From assembly GCA_963752255.1 (NCBI GenBank), contig CAVVXT010000003.1, forward strand, positions 113,076 to 177,075: a DNA stretch of 64,000 bases. The letters are read 5' to 3'. This DNA comes from Nitrososphaeria archaeon. Its GTDB lineage: Archaea; Thermoproteota; Nitrososphaeria; JACIWG01. Positions within the stretch are counted from its first letter, which is position 1, and the number at the start of each line of letters is the position of its first letter. Under the pieces are notes generated by a model. That model was not told the origin of the DNA, ran no database searches, and saw only the letters and a program-made list of their open reading frames with translations. This document shows, piece by piece, positions 10,421 through 21,627 of this stretch. The position numbers and the translations under genes are program-made.

Positions 10421-11473
10421 TCACATTTTTGGTTCAACTTGGACTTTGAGAGCTTTAGCACTATTTACCAGGTCAAATCCTTCTTTCAGTCGATTAAGTG
10501 GAAAAGTATTGGAAACGAGTTTCTCTACATTTATCTGCTTCTTTGAAAGAACTTTCAAAGCCCTCTCAACATGAGCTGGAACATGATCATAACTTCCTGT
10601 GACCTTGAGTTCACCATAATGTATAATGTTGGGGTCCAATTCAATATTCGTTTGAGGGTAGGTTCCACCGAAAAACACAATTGTGGCCGATGAAGCCACC
10701 GCTTTAAAAGCACTTTCTATAGCAGTTCTGTTTCCTGTCGCTACAATTACAGAATCAGCACCATATCCTCCTGTGAAATCTTTAACAGCTTTAGACATAT
10801 CTTCCCTCAAAGGGTTGACTATTGAGTCGGCACCTAGCTCGATTGCCATTTTGAGTCTGCTTTCAATAACTTCACTTAATATAACACTTGCTCCTGAAAG
10901 CTTAGTAATCTGTAGGTTAAGCAGACCCATTGGTCCTCCGCCTATGATCAAAACTGTCTCACCTGGTCTTGGTGATATTATCTCATTCGCATGTAAACAC
11001 ACTGCAATCGGTTCTGTAAACGCAGCTTCCAAAAAACTTACACTTTCTGGGATTCTGAACAAAGACTTGGCAGGCGTCTTTGCATATTCAGCAAATCCTC
11101 TAACGATATTACTTTTATTTTTGCACAAATTCGTTAAACCTTTTTCACAATACTTACAAATTCCGCATGAGACAATTATTTCAGGTACAACTCTATCTCC
11201 TATAGAGAAATCCTTAACCGAACCGCCAACTTCAACAACGTCGCCACACCATTCATGTCCAGAAAGACCATAGCTTTCTTTACCATATGGAAACATCTGC
11301 CTCTTATACACACCTTGATAACTTCTTACATCGCTAGGGCAGATACCGATTCTTTGAACTCTTATCAAAACTTCGTCTTCCCTAGGAGTTGGAATGTCGA
11401 CATCTTCTATGTGGATGTCCATCGGACTATAAAGTAATGCAGCCTTCATCTTTTTTCTATTAAAATTAGACAT
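10421..11473 (-). CDS. Zn-dependent alcohol/polyol dehydrogenase (MDR family)
   Basis: GICPSD, GHE, CGICKYC...C and GGGPMG motifs. Confidence 0.9.
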   Translation of the reverse strand: MSNFNRKKMKAALLYSPMDIHIEDVDIPTPREDEVLIRVQRIGICPSDVRSYQGVYKRQMFPYGKESYGLSGHEWCGDVVEVGGSVKDFSIGDRVVPEIIVSCGICKYCEKGLTNLCKNKSNIVRGFAEYAKTPAKSLFRIPESVSFLEAAFTEPIAVCLHANEIISPRPGETVLIIGGGPMGLLNLQITKLSGASVILSEVIESRLKMAIELGADSIVNPLREDMSKAVKDFTGGYGADSVIVATGNRTAIESAFKAVASSATIVFFGGTYPQTNIELDPNIIHYGELKVTGSYDHVPAHVERALKVLSKKQINVEKLVSNTFPLNRLKEGFDLVNSAKALKVQVEPKM

Positions 11474-11744
11474 ACACTTCACTATGAAAAAAAGTGAAAA
11501 TAAGTTTTTAAACTTTTCCATGAATTGATGTAACATCTAAAGAAACTGAAAAGAGCTCCTAACAATAGTGAAAATATAATTAAAACTGATAAAAAATAAA
11601 GTCTAGCTGACATAGAAATAAAAATAACGATTTTAATAAAAATAATTAAACTAAATTTTTGACTAAAAACAAATTTTTGATAGTTAAATTAATATAAAAA
11701 TGCCTACAGGCATTAAAAAAAGATAAGACCAGCTATATTCAATT

Positions 11745-12487
11745 TTAGATTTTAAGTATTTTTGCTATATTACCTCCCAAAATAAGTTCTCTTTTCTTCC
11801 GATCAGGGACTGCTACATTGATTTTCATGATTTCAACTTGCATAGATGGTCCGGGCGTATCTGTCCCAAAAACCAATTTCTCTGCTCCCGCCTTGTCCAC
11901 AGCTTTCCTTAAAGAGTCTACATTGTTGTTCATTGTTGTATCCAAGTAGAGGTTATCATATTTCATAGCTTTAGAAATGGCGTCTTCTATGTTCTGCCAA
12001 AACCCCATATGCGCCATAATTAGAGGGACATCCGGGAAAGTTTCCGCCATGTCCCCAAACTGTGCCGGAGTGCAGTGAGGACAATCGCCTTGGCCGTGAC
12101 TTATTATCGGGATCTTGAGCTTTGAACATTCTTCGAATATTACATCCGTCAGTGAATGTGCGTTAAGGGAAAAATGGTGTATAGCTGGGTGAAGTTTTAA
12201 ACCCTTGAATCCTAGTTTGTTTACACACCTTTCCAGTTCCTTCACTGCTTTTTCTTAGACCATGGGTTTACAAGTGAGAAGCCGATTAACCTATTGGGAT
12301 ATTTTTTTATTGATTCAAATATATAGTCATTGTTTTCGACAATATTAAATGAGTATTCAGGGAAACCGAATATGATCGCTTTGTCAACGCCTGCAATATC
12401 CATTTCGCTAATAAGCCTTTCAGGAGTTTGATACACTTCAAGCCCCGGTTCAGGTTTTCCTATGTGGTTGTGAACGTCTATTATCAC
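11745..12487 (-). CDS. Amidohydrolase family 2 protein (frameshift near 12250)
   Basis: IIDVHNH, GLKLHP, AHMG and FGTD motifs split over two ORFs at an A-run. Confidence 0.85.
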
Positions 12488-12619
12488 ATTTTCAGGAATA
12501 AGCTTTTGTATATTTAAGTATTGAGATTTTATAAAAAATTTTTCTACAAAAATTTCACCTTTATAATTGTTAGTTGACGCTAAAATATTTAAGTAGGTAA
12601 ATTTTCACATAATGAAATT

Positions 12620-13024
12620 ATGAAAGTGTACAAGGAGTCTATTGATTTTAAAACGTCTAAAGGGATCAGTTTTATGGATATAACTGAGAAAATATCTGAT
12701 GTAGTAAGTAATTCAAAGGTTACGAACGGTATAGTTTTTCTTTTTGCGCCACATGCAACAGGAGCCATAATAATCAACGAGTATGAGAGTCGGCTCCTAA
12801 TAGATATCAGGAAATTCTTGGAGAAGCTTATTCCTATAAATGAACCCTATGAACATCCAGAGAATGCGCCATCGCACATTCTCTCTTCTTTCTTCAGACC
12901 GTCATTGGCTGTTCCTCTTACACAAGGCATAATACAGCTTGGAACTTGGCAGAGTATAATTTGGGTCGAAGTCGAACCTTGGTCACGCAATAGGAATGTC
13001 TATATTACAATAATTGGCGAATAA
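12620..13024 (+). CDS. yjbQ: YjbQ (secondary thiamine-phosphate synthase) family protein
   Basis: PHATGAIIINE, NAPSH and LGTWQ motifs. Confidence 0.9.
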   Translation: MKVYKESIDFKTSKGISFMDITEKISDVVSNSKVTNGIVFLFAPHATGAIIINEYESRLLIDIRKFLEKLIPINEPYEHPENAPSHILSSFFRPSLAVPLTQGIIQLGTWQSIIWVEVEPWSRNRNVYITIIGE

Positions 13025-13071
13025 TTTTAAATCTTAGCACTTACAAATAAATGTAATCGGCGTAGAATACC

Positions 13072-13785
13072 GTGAATATCGCCGCTGTTTCCTTTGACGT
13101 GTGGGACACCCTTCTAAGGCTCAAGCCTTTCTATTTTAGGATTGCTAATGAAATCGGCTTAGAGAACAATAATAGCCCAACTAAGGTCTACGAAGATATG
13201 TTGAAGAACTATGTGGTGTTAAAAGAATATAGAAGTAAGGGAATGCTAAGGTATGATGATATCGTTAACCATTGTTTGGAATTGTCATCAGAGAATTTAG
13301 GTATCGATATAGAACTTCTAAAAAGGTCAATAACGAGAGCCATCCTTAATGTTGAGCCAAATGAAATTCTTGTTAAAGAAGCGCCTCATATATTAAGTGA
13401 ACTTAAATTTCAAGGGAAACAGATTGTAACGCTTGGGAATCTGATCTTCTGGCCTGGTTATTATAATAGGATTCTTTTAGAAAGAACTGGTTTAACTAAG
13501 TACTTTGACTCTCAGTTATATGCGGATGAAATAAAATTCTCAAAACCTAGTAAAGAAATTTTTTCGAGGTTGTGTCATGTGTTAAGTCTTGAACCTCAGA
13601 GAATTGTTCACATAGGAGATAATAAGATAGAAGATTATGAAGGCGCATTAAATGTAGGCTTTTACGGAATCTGGGTTAATCCCTTATATAATAATAGTGT
13701 TGAAATCATGGATAAAAGTGCGATAGTGAATTCAATATCTCACATACCTAAAGTTGTTAAAATATTTGATGGGGATCCCATTTAA
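13072..13785 (+). CDS. HAD-superfamily hydrolase
   Basis: FDVWDTL, KP..EIF and HIGD...D motifs. Confidence 0.88.
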   Translation: MNIAAVSFDVWDTLLRLKPFYFRIANEIGLENNNSPTKVYEDMLKNYVVLKEYRSKGMLRYDDIVNHCLELSSENLGIDIELLKRSITRAILNVEPNEILVKEAPHILSELKFQGKQIVTLGNLIFWPGYYNRILLERTGLTKYFDSQLYADEIKFSKPSKEIFSRLCHVLSLEPQRIVHIGDNKIEDYEGALNVGFYGIWVNPLYNNSVEIMDKSAIVNSISHIPKVVKIFDGDPI

Positions 13786-13826
13786 TGTCCCAACCATATA
13801 ATAATGTGGTTAATTCATGATATATG

Positions 13827-14282
13827 TTAGTCAATTGATATTTCTGATATTATGGCTTCATTTAGTGCTATGATATCTTCTGTCCTTAATTCAAGAAGTT
13901 TTTCCCTTGTACCGCCCCCACAGAATATGGTGTTATAATTCACTAGAGATTTGTCGATGATTGTTTTCATCTTTATCTTATGGCCGACCGAAGGAGTGGC
14001 GCCTGGAAGGAAACCGCTGATCTGTTCCGCTTGATCAAAGGGTACGAGCCGGACTTTCTTTACGCCTAGCAAAGAAGCAACGCGATCCAGATTAACTTTC
14101 TTATCACCGGGTACAATCAACAGTATGTATTCTCCTGTATCCATTTTAGAAACCAGGTTCTTCGTAAGCCTATTTAATTCGAGCCCTGCAACCTTAGCCG
14201 CATCCGCTGTATGAATCGTCTCAGGTTTCTCAATAAATCGATGCCATATTTTCTTCTCTTTAAGAAATTCTTCAAGACTCAT
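13827..14282 (-). CDS. YbaK/aminoacyl-tRNA deacylase family protein
   Basis: KNLV, GFLPGATPSVG and FCGGG motifs. Confidence 0.88.
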   Translation of the reverse strand: MSLEEFLKEKKIWHRFIEKPETIHTADAAKVAGLELNRLTKNLVSKMDTGEYILLIVPGDKKVNLDRVASLLGVKKVRLVPFDQAEQISGFLPGATPSVGHKIKMKTIIDKSLVNYNTIFCGGGTREKLLELRTEDIIALNEAIISEISID

Positions 14283-14409
14283 TGTTTTTCACCGAATATG
14301 CTCTAGTTTAAACGAGTTATGGTCGTCCTAATGGGTACTAAAAGATAGCGTCATGTTACTTATTCTATATTTTCACAAAAATCGAACTAAATTCGTTTAA
14401 CATATTGTA

Positions 14410-14433
14410 TATCAAGCTTGATATCAAGCTTGA
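14410..14433. repeat. Motif A: perfect TATCAAGCTTGA x2
   Basis: Directly visible in a divergent intergenic region. Confidence 0.9.
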
Positions 14434-14580
14434 ATAGGATAAATAGGAGGAAATAAAGGTGAACAGTTTAACCAATTCTATGTTTTTATGGTGATTCCAA
14501 TAATAATTCCTAAATTTTCCATCACCTTTTAAAAAAAGCTTATATGAGGCAAAAAGTTAGCGGTTAAACGTGATATATAC

Positions 14581-15462
14581 ATGTTAGAAAGCACAAAAGA
14601 AATGTTAGAGAAGGCGAAAGAGGAGAAATATGGTATCGGACTATTTGTTATTTTCAATTTGTCCTTTATTAAACCAGTAATTGAAGCCGCTGAAGAAGCA
14701 CATTCTCCTGTAATGATTGGAGCTACATATGGGCTCGCTGAGGCAAGTGGAGGTGAAAGCTTCCTAGCGCATATGAGGGTCGCCGCTGAAGAGGCTAAGA
14801 TTCCTGTAACAGTTCACCTGGACCATGGAAAAACCTTCGAGGAGGTGATGACATGTTTAAAGTACGGATGGACTTCTATGATGTTTGATGCCGCAAATAA
14901 GCCTCTAAAAGAGAATATCCAATTAACACGTGAAGTGGCAAGGGCATGTCATGCTGCGGGAGTACCGATCGAAGCCGAGCTTGGTGAAATGCCTGTCGTG
15001 AAAGACCAAAACAAAGCTGAATTTCCAAAGGAAATGATGACGAAACCGGAAGAAGCAGAGATTTTTGTCAAGGAAACAGGAATCGATATATTAGCTATTT
15101 CTATTGGACAGATTCACCATTCTCCTCAGATGGAGAACGGTATGCACCCAGTGAAAAGAGTCGCAAAATTAGATTTTGAGAGGCTTAAAAAAATTAGAGA
15201 GGTTACAGGAAACACCTATTTGTGTATGCACGCAGGTTCACATGTGCCTTTCGAAGCTTTGGAGAAAGCTATTTCCATGGGGATTGTTAAATTAAACATT
15301 GGCATGGCTTTGTCATCGGTTTGGACAGACACCTTAAGAAAAACAATAATAGAAAACCCAAATGAAGCGATGGCGCATAAAATAGTGGAGCCTGCTGAAA
15401 AAGCGGTAAAAAAAGAAGTTGCCGAGTATCTAAAAGTTCTGGGATCAGCGGGTAAAGTATAA
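14581..15462 (+). CDS. Class II ketose-bisphosphate aldolase
   Basis: VHLDHG, SMMFD, EAELG, LAISIG..H and MHAGS motifs. Confidence 0.9.
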   Translation: MLESTKEMLEKAKEEKYGIGLFVIFNLSFIKPVIEAAEEAHSPVMIGATYGLAEASGGESFLAHMRVAAEEAKIPVTVHLDHGKTFEEVMTCLKYGWTSMMFDAANKPLKENIQLTREVARACHAAGVPIEAELGEMPVVKDQNKAEFPKEMMTKPEEAEIFVKETGIDILAISIGQIHHSPQMENGMHPVKRVAKLDFERLKKIREVTGNTYLCMHAGSHVPFEALEKAISMGIVKLNIGMALSSVWTDTLRKTIIENPNEAMAHKIVEPAEKAVKKEVAEYLKVLGSAGKV

Positions 15463-16024
15463 GATGTGCACCTAGCACTCATTTACCAAATAAAATTTGA
15501 AGGAGAATCTTTCTCCTTCTAGGCTTCCTACTTTTTTTGTTTCTTAGACATATTTATCTAAATTTATTAAATATCTAGTAAAAATAACAATTTCCCTAAC
15601 ATATTCGGGTATAATATTATTAAGTTTTCAAATGTTTCCTTATGGCCACAACTCAAACTCTACCATATTTATGATAAACCTACTGATAAATTCTATGTAT
15701 ATCGAGGCGTTAAAATTAAGGTCGTACCTTCTCACAGTATTTTCAGAGTTTCTTCTCGATCGAGATTCAAGAATTTCACCGAACATAAATCTTCAAAGAC
15801 ATTCGAATGCTGGTATTCCTGTATTGTAAATCCCGCCTTGTTGAAAAACAGTTTTAATATCTTCACACCGTAGTCAAGCCATGTAGCATACCTCATGCAC
15901 TTGAATTTAAATCAAAATCAAGGGATTTTAAGTTTATTTATCAATTATAACGTGGATAACTTACATTTTGAATTTAACGTTCCCAATTGCAAGAGAAAGA
16001 CGATATTAATAGTGATAGGTTCAT

Positions 16025-16258
16025 TTATCCTTCCATGACAATCATGGTCAACGTTGAAATAACATTATCAAGCCGTCTCGTTCTCCAAGTTATTACCTCC
16101 TTCAACTTGTCCATTGTTTCTGCTTCGACTTTTGCTATTACATCGTATGTGCCGTACACAACATAAGCTTCTTTTACTTCATTCATGCTCTTCAGTTCTT
16201 TCAATACTTCTTTTTCTGTTCCTGCTTCTGAATTGATCAACACAAATGCTATTTGCAT
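16025..16258 (-). CDS. Lrp/AsnC ligand-binding domain protein
   Basis: AFVLIN...EAYVVYGTYDVIAKVE...STLTMI. Confidence 0.9.
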   Translation of the reverse strand: MQIAFVLINSEAGTEKEVLKELKSMNEVKEAYVVYGTYDVIAKVEAETMDKLKEVITWRTRRLDNVISTLTMIVMEG

Positions 16259-16338
16259 CTTAATCCTTAAGTTATTAATATAAAAGAATATTAAACTTTT
16301 CTTTTTCTACTTAAAATATAAGATAAAGTAACAACCAT

Positions 16339-16506
16339 CTACTCCATTCTAGCCCATATTACAACATCTTCCGCATTCCAACTTACGAATATATCTTCCC
16401 CCTTCCTGAATTGGCTTCTTAGCGCCTGGGCGCGTGCCGAAATTTCAAATTTGTCTCCTATTGAGTTGTTACTACTAGCTAAGTGTGATATTGACCCTCG
16501 TAGACG
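16339..16506 (-). pseudogene. Remnant of an ABC-transporter ATPase C-terminal TOBE domain
   Basis: Start-less frame ...GDKFEISARAQALRSQFRKGEDIFVSWNAEDVVIWARME*. Confidence 0.45.
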
Positions 16507-16555
16507 AAAAAACAATTTTAGAGAAAAAAAGTATATTCAGTAAATTCTAAAGATA

Positions 16556-17195
16556 TTAAAATATAAGGCCACGATTTTCAAGGAAATACATAGTATAATC
16601 TGATAACTTTAAGGCTGCAAGAGAGAGGAATATCCCTCCAATTGTATCGGTCGGGAAATGAGCTCCTAGAATAATCCTGCTTAAAGCGAGTAGAAACACA
16701 CGCACATAGGACAGATATCTAGCCACTTTTGATTTGTTTGGAAGAATCAAGAGAGCCCCAAAAGCTCTTGAGACATGCCCAGAAGGATAGGAAGAATTAT
16801 ATCCTTTAAAAACATATTGAATTACATCTGAGGAATATTGGTATGGCCTTGGACGGTTCGTAACATTTTGGAAAAAATACGTCATAAGGGTTGTTAGCAC
16901 CAAAAAGATTGCCAGTTCTAGTGCTTGAGGTTTTTTTTTCTTTAATTTTATGAATGAATATATTAAGTAAATGATTGTTAATGCCGTCCAGAACATAGAA
17001 GTCTCCGATATATGTTATTAAAGAAAATAACTGTATGCCAATTGTTCCTCTCAAAAAACCTTGGAGGTCTAAAACTATGGCAACTTCGAATCTGTTTAAC
17101 GATAATAGAATGATTATTAAGCCTAACCCTATCGTTATTAAAGTATAAATAAACGCTTGAGTTATCAGAATCTTAGAATCTTGTTTTTTAAGCAT
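16556..17195 (-). CDS. PAP2-family membrane phosphatase (frameshifted)
   Basis: RPRP, SYPSGH and SRI..GAHFPTD motifs; N-terminal TM part in a second frame. Confidence 0.8.
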
Positions 17196-17462
17196 AGCAG
17201 CCCTCCTATAAGAATCTAATCAAACGTTTTGTTCGATGGTTTCTATAAAGACCATTAAATGAATTCAAAAATGAAAAATAATTCGATGACATGTGTGAAG
17301 ATGAATGGGAGAAAAATACAGACAAAATGTCTCTCCTTAGCATATCTTCGAATGAATTAGAGGCAAATAAAAACATTAGCGAATGCTTATTAGGTAAGTA
17401 GATTTAATAGGACAGTTTTTTGTTAAAAAGTGCGGAATACTATCAGCAGACGATGGAAATTT

Positions 17463-18168
17463 CTAGGATGTACCCTGCTTTTCTTTATCAAAATAGTTTG
17501 CGATTTCTTGCCGAATCTGTTTTATTGTTTTACCCTCTATAGATAAACCTAAGCCTTTTGCAGCCACAAGTGTGGCTTTTATCTGGGCATTCTTCTGCTC
17601 TTTACGAACTCTCCTAGGCCGCAAAACATCAGTCTGAATCCTGAACAAGACCATAATGAAACCGACTGCGATTAGAAGAGGACCTATAATAAGGGCAAAT
17701 ATTGAAGGTCCATGTTTTTCTTCAACTAGGTCAAGAGACAATAGCATTATTGTGGCCTTACCTGTTTCAGATCTTATGAATACGAAATGATAAATATCGT
17801 CTTTATCAAACTTGTAAGAGAAAGTACCATTTGAAGACATTTCCTTCGTATAAAAAAAAGCCACACCATTACCGTTTAGAGACCAACTCTTAAACTCATT
17901 ACTATCGAATCCTAGACACGATGATGCTTCCGTTTACAACAGTAAAGTTTCCGACAACACTGAGTCCTTTATGGATATTAAATTGAAGATTAAGGCTGGA
18001 AGTGTTAATATTATACACACTTCCTGGAGGTATTAACGCAGAAGAGTTGTATGTAGTTTGTGAGAGACCTACTACGTCTGCAAATTGATTGAAATATTGA
18101 GAGGGGATTAAAACAAGAATGCCTCCGATAAGTAGTAATATTAAACCGAGTGTAAGAAGCTTTCTCAT
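17463..18168 (-). CDS. Membrane-anchored hypothetical protein (frameshifted)
   Basis: Two co-oriented ORFs with N- and C-terminal TM helices. Confidence 0.6.
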
Positions 18169-18245
18169 ACTTTGGCGATAACCGAGAACGGTTATTAAGT
18201 ATTATGGTGAAATAGTAGTCTTAAGATCGCACTTTATTAATTCAC

Positions 18246-19103
18246 TTATTTTGAAGTATCTTGCTGATTGTTGGTAGTCTTCTTACCAGCTGCGTTGAAG
18301 CTCTCAATATCCTTCCAAGCATCTTCGGAAATCAGTTTGTTCAGGCGTTCCTCTTCAACAGGTGCACCAAATTCTTTCTCTAACCGCGCCTTTAAATCTG
18401 GTGACTGTGCCATTTGAACAAGGAATATGTACATCTCCATGTTATATGCAAATGTGCTTTCGAAATAGAGCCTAAGAACGGCTCTAGCCAGTTCTTTATC
18501 CTCAAAATTATTTGATGCCTTTTCAATCACTTTTTCAACATTTTTCTTCTGTTCACCGATGAACTCTTCGAATATTCCTTCGATTTCGACACTAAATATG
18601 TTTTTTTCTCTAATGAAAGAGATAAGGTTCTTTATTTCTTCCTGGTATTGATCAAGATATAAAAGAATTAAGTAATCGGAATATTCAGGATTTCCAACCA
18701 TATAGTTTAATGTAAATAAAAAGTTGTGTCTAAGAGAGTTAAATTTATTAGCAAGAATCTCCTTTGTAGTGCTTTTCTCAATCAATCTAAATAAATTAGC
18801 CGATTGATTTTTCTTGTCCAAGAATTTCTGGAAGACAGAAAAAAGGTAGCCATGAGGAAAATTAGTTATATCAATGTTAGTATTCAATTCATAATATGTC
18901 GAAGGTGGGTGCGTTCCAGGGTCAACCTTTCTCTTAACAATGCCTTTATCTGTAAGATCTTTGAGCCTATCACTAAGGGTTCTAGAGCTGATATCAGTTA
19001 ATTTCTTCAATTCCTGCCACCGCAAACTGCCCCTACTTAGAAGTAGATTCAGAATTTTAGTTGTCGTTATAACCTTCTGAACATCTTGCATCTTTTCTTT
19101 CAT
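18246..19103 (-). CDS. HxlR-type winged-helix regulator with a long helical C-terminus
   Basis: LRWQEL...ISSRTLSDRLKDL...GIVKR...PPSTYYEL. Confidence 0.8.
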   Translation of the reverse strand: MKEKMQDVQKVITTTKILNLLLSRGSLRWQELKKLTDISSRTLSDRLKDLTDKGIVKRKVDPGTHPPSTYYELNTNIDITNFPHGYLFSVFQKFLDKKNQSANLFRLIEKSTTKEILANKFNSLRHNFLFTLNYMVGNPEYSDYLILLYLDQYQEEIKNLISFIREKNIFSVEIEGIFEEFIGEQKKNVEKVIEKASNNFEDKELARAVLRLYFESTFAYNMEMYIFLVQMAQSPDLKARLEKEFGAPVEEERLNKLISEDAWKDIESFNAAGKKTTNNQQDTSK

Positions 19104-19298
19104 GTCAATCCAACATTAAGTTTAGGGGACATTGATAATAAACTTTCTGTTTACCAATTTTTATTGCAATAATATCACTTTATAAAATATAGCTAAAATA
19201 TGGCACGTTACATTTAAAATAGCAGAGATATAAAAGTTAAAATATTATATTTGGCAATAAAATTTGGAAATCATAAAGAAAAAAAGATGATTTTATTA

Positions 19299-20642
19299 TC
19301 ATGACACTAGAACGACGAAAGATAATGAGTATGTATTTGTGCCATCGCTTAGTTCTAAGCCTAAAGTATATGAAACGCTGGGAATAAAGGTGCCGTTTGC
19401 CCATGTGAACCAAAGTGTCTTGGTTTCTCCAGGGTTAATAATGGTGCTTTGTGGAAGTGGATTTGATCCCCCTGGTGAAGGTGTAATTGATGTTATCTTT
19501 TCCTGGGTTATCTTTGAGAAACCAGTGTTCTTTATGTTCAGGATCAAGTTGTTTCCAGTAGTGTATTCACCGTCGATTTCTGCTCTGAACTGACTGCCGC
19601 TTCCAGTTAATTTACACGAAAAGTCATATGCCTGTTGAGTCTGAGCCCAACCTACAGATAATTTAATGTTGTAAGTTTCGGCAGGGTCAAATGTAATTGG
19701 TTTACCGTATATGTCCTTGAGATCGTAGGAGAATTTGACAGCCGCACCTGGATTGATACCACCAAGTAGTTGAATCTGTCCACTTGGTAAATTTGCACCC
19801 TTTGGTCTCGGTTCAATATCAACTACTTCAATCCAATTTATCGGTAGAGAACCCGTGTTTCTTACATCAGTGTAAAGTCTGTCACCGATAACATATGCAT
19901 TCTCCACTCGACATTTAAGTAGAATCGAAATAATGCCCTCGTGTTCCTTTCTTATTTCACTATAGTCCTTAGAAAGTTTCAAGTAATTCTCCTTTATTGA
20001 ATCAATATTGGTTGTCAGTTTGTTGTATTTATCTCGAGATGATTTTACCTCTGAGTTTATTCCTGTAAAATATGTTGTAAGCTGACTACTCTTCAAGACA
20101 CGGTCTTCAAGAAAATACGCTATAAAGAAAATTATTCCTACAAGAATTACGACAAAAACTCCATAGCCTATCATAACTATAGAAAATACGCCTTTTTCGA
20201 TAAGAGGTTGAAGCGAACCACTTTGACTTCCGGCTTCAGAGATAAGTTCCGATCTTACCGAATCAACGCCGAGTATCCACAGAAGACCTGTCATAATGCT
20301 AAAGAGACCTGCGAATAATGATATTTTTCTGTAAGCTATAGATAGAATACCCAATATTATTGAAGTGAAGTAAAGAAAAGTTGCGGCTATCATTGTTCTC
20401 ATCATCAATAAAATCTGAATCAAAGTATTAAGGAAAATGCCCATGTTAGTCGCAGGAAATGAAATAGAGTTGTTAATGATTATTCCAAATATATTAGCCA
20501 ACATCAGGTTATATTGATCATTAGTTGTATTAATAGGCAAGCTCGTACTCGTGCTAAACAAGCTAATACTGAGCCAAGGCATGGGGGAAGCAAGTATCAG
20601 CACTAATAACCCTAATCCAGCTACAATACTAAAAGTTTTCAT
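19299..20642 (-). CDS. Membrane protein with TM bundle, coiled coil and two Ig-like (NTG-motif) domains
   Basis: 447-aa ORF; hydrophobic N-half, coiled-coil linker, VRNTG and IKNTG beta domains. Confidence 0.7.
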   Translation of the reverse strand: MKTFSIVAGLGLLVLILASPMPWLSISLFSTSTSLPINTTNDQYNLMLANIFGIIINNSISFPATNMGIFLNTLIQILLMMRTMIAATFLYFTSIILGILSIAYRKISLFAGLFSIMTGLLWILGVDSVRSELISEAGSQSGSLQPLIEKGVFSIVMIGYGVFVVILVGIIFFIAYFLEDRVLKSSQLTTYFTGINSEVKSSRDKYNKLTTNIDSIKENYLKLSKDYSEIRKEHEGIISILLKCRVENAYVIGDRLYTDVRNTGSLPINWIEVVDIEPRPKGANLPSGQIQLLGGINPGAAVKFSYDLKDIYGKPITFDPAETYNIKLSVGWAQTQQAYDFSCKLTGSGSQFRAEIDGEYTTGNNLILNIKNTGFSKITQEKITSITPSPGGSNPLPQSTIINPGETKTLWFTWANGTFIPSVSYTLGLELSDGTNTYSLSFVVLVS

Positions 20643-20737
20643 TGTTACTATTTGTTAAGATTCCGTTATTTAACGATTACGGAGCAAATATTTTTTCTAA
20701 GGATTGACACGTTAGTACTTCGAAGCTTTAATGTTAT

Positions 20738-20815
20738 GGTAAACAAAGTTTACCCTACATTAAAATATCTGGCTCAAAAATTTGAGCAGTTTAGAGTAAA
20801 TAAAGTGTGCCCTAT
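20738..20815. promoter_or_regulatory. Motif B pair (TAAAC-AAA-GTTTA and TAAAT-AAA-GTGTG), centres 57 bp apart
   Basis: Directly visible; function inferred. Confidence 0.6.
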
Positions 20816-20846
20816 TTTTAATTTTGTATATAGTAACAGAGACCTA

Positions 20847-21539
20847 TTATTTTATTTTTAAGACATTAAGTCCTTCAATGATTCTTTGTACCGTTTCCTC
20901 AGGAGGACTGTTCATCCAAACATCAACAAAGGGGATCTTAACTTCCTTCTTATTCATATAGTATTCAATAATAGGTTTACTCTGTTTTTCATAGACATTT
21001 AATCGTTCTTCTATCACCTTTGGATTATCATCGTTTCTCTGAATAAGAGGTGAACCGCATTTATCACATATCATATTTTTGCGAGGCAGCAGGGGTGGTA
21101 AAACATAATTTACGCCGTTAATAGTTTTTTTAATGTCTGCGATATTGTAATTGCCATCACACTTTGGATTAGAGCATATTCTTCTCGCCGAAATCTTTTC
21201 GACTAAAATTTCGCTTGGGGCGTTAATTCTTATTATAGCATCAATCTTTGCAATTTTATCTAGCGCTTCAGCTTGTCTTAAGGTTCTAGGGAAACCATCT
21301 AAAATAAAATTATCCAAGTTACGAAGTTTCTTTTGAATTACTTCTATCACTATATCGTCTGGAACAAGCTTTCCCTCCCTTAGGAGATTCTCAATCTTCT
21401 TACCCAATGTTGAACCCTTCTTTATTTCTTTCCTAAAGATGTCGCCAGTGGAAATCTTTTCTAAACGAAATTTCTCCTTAAGCCTAATGGAGTACGTGCC
21501 TTTACCTGAACCAGGGGGTCCTAAAATTATCAACTTCAT
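20847..21539 (-). CDS. adk: Adenylate kinase (bacterial-type, Zn lid)
   Basis: GPPGSGKGT, LDGFPR, CSNPKC...CDKC and RNDD motifs. Confidence 0.92.
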   Translation of the reverse strand: MKLIILGPPGSGKGTYSIRLKEKFRLEKISTGDIFRKEIKKGSTLGKKIENLLREGKLVPDDIVIEVIQKKLRNLDNFILDGFPRTLRQAEALDKIAKIDAIIRINAPSEILVEKISARRICSNPKCDGNYNIADIKKTINGVNYVLPPLLPRKNMICDKCGSPLIQRNDDNPKVIEERLNVYEKQSKPIIEYYMNKKEVKIPFVDVWMNSPPEETVQRIIEGLNVLKIK

Positions 21540-21627
21540 ATTATTCGCTCACATACTCCTACAGTAAATATTTTAAACTTTTTCTACAGCAAAAATTGCT
21601 TTAAAAATATTTAACTAAGAATATTGC

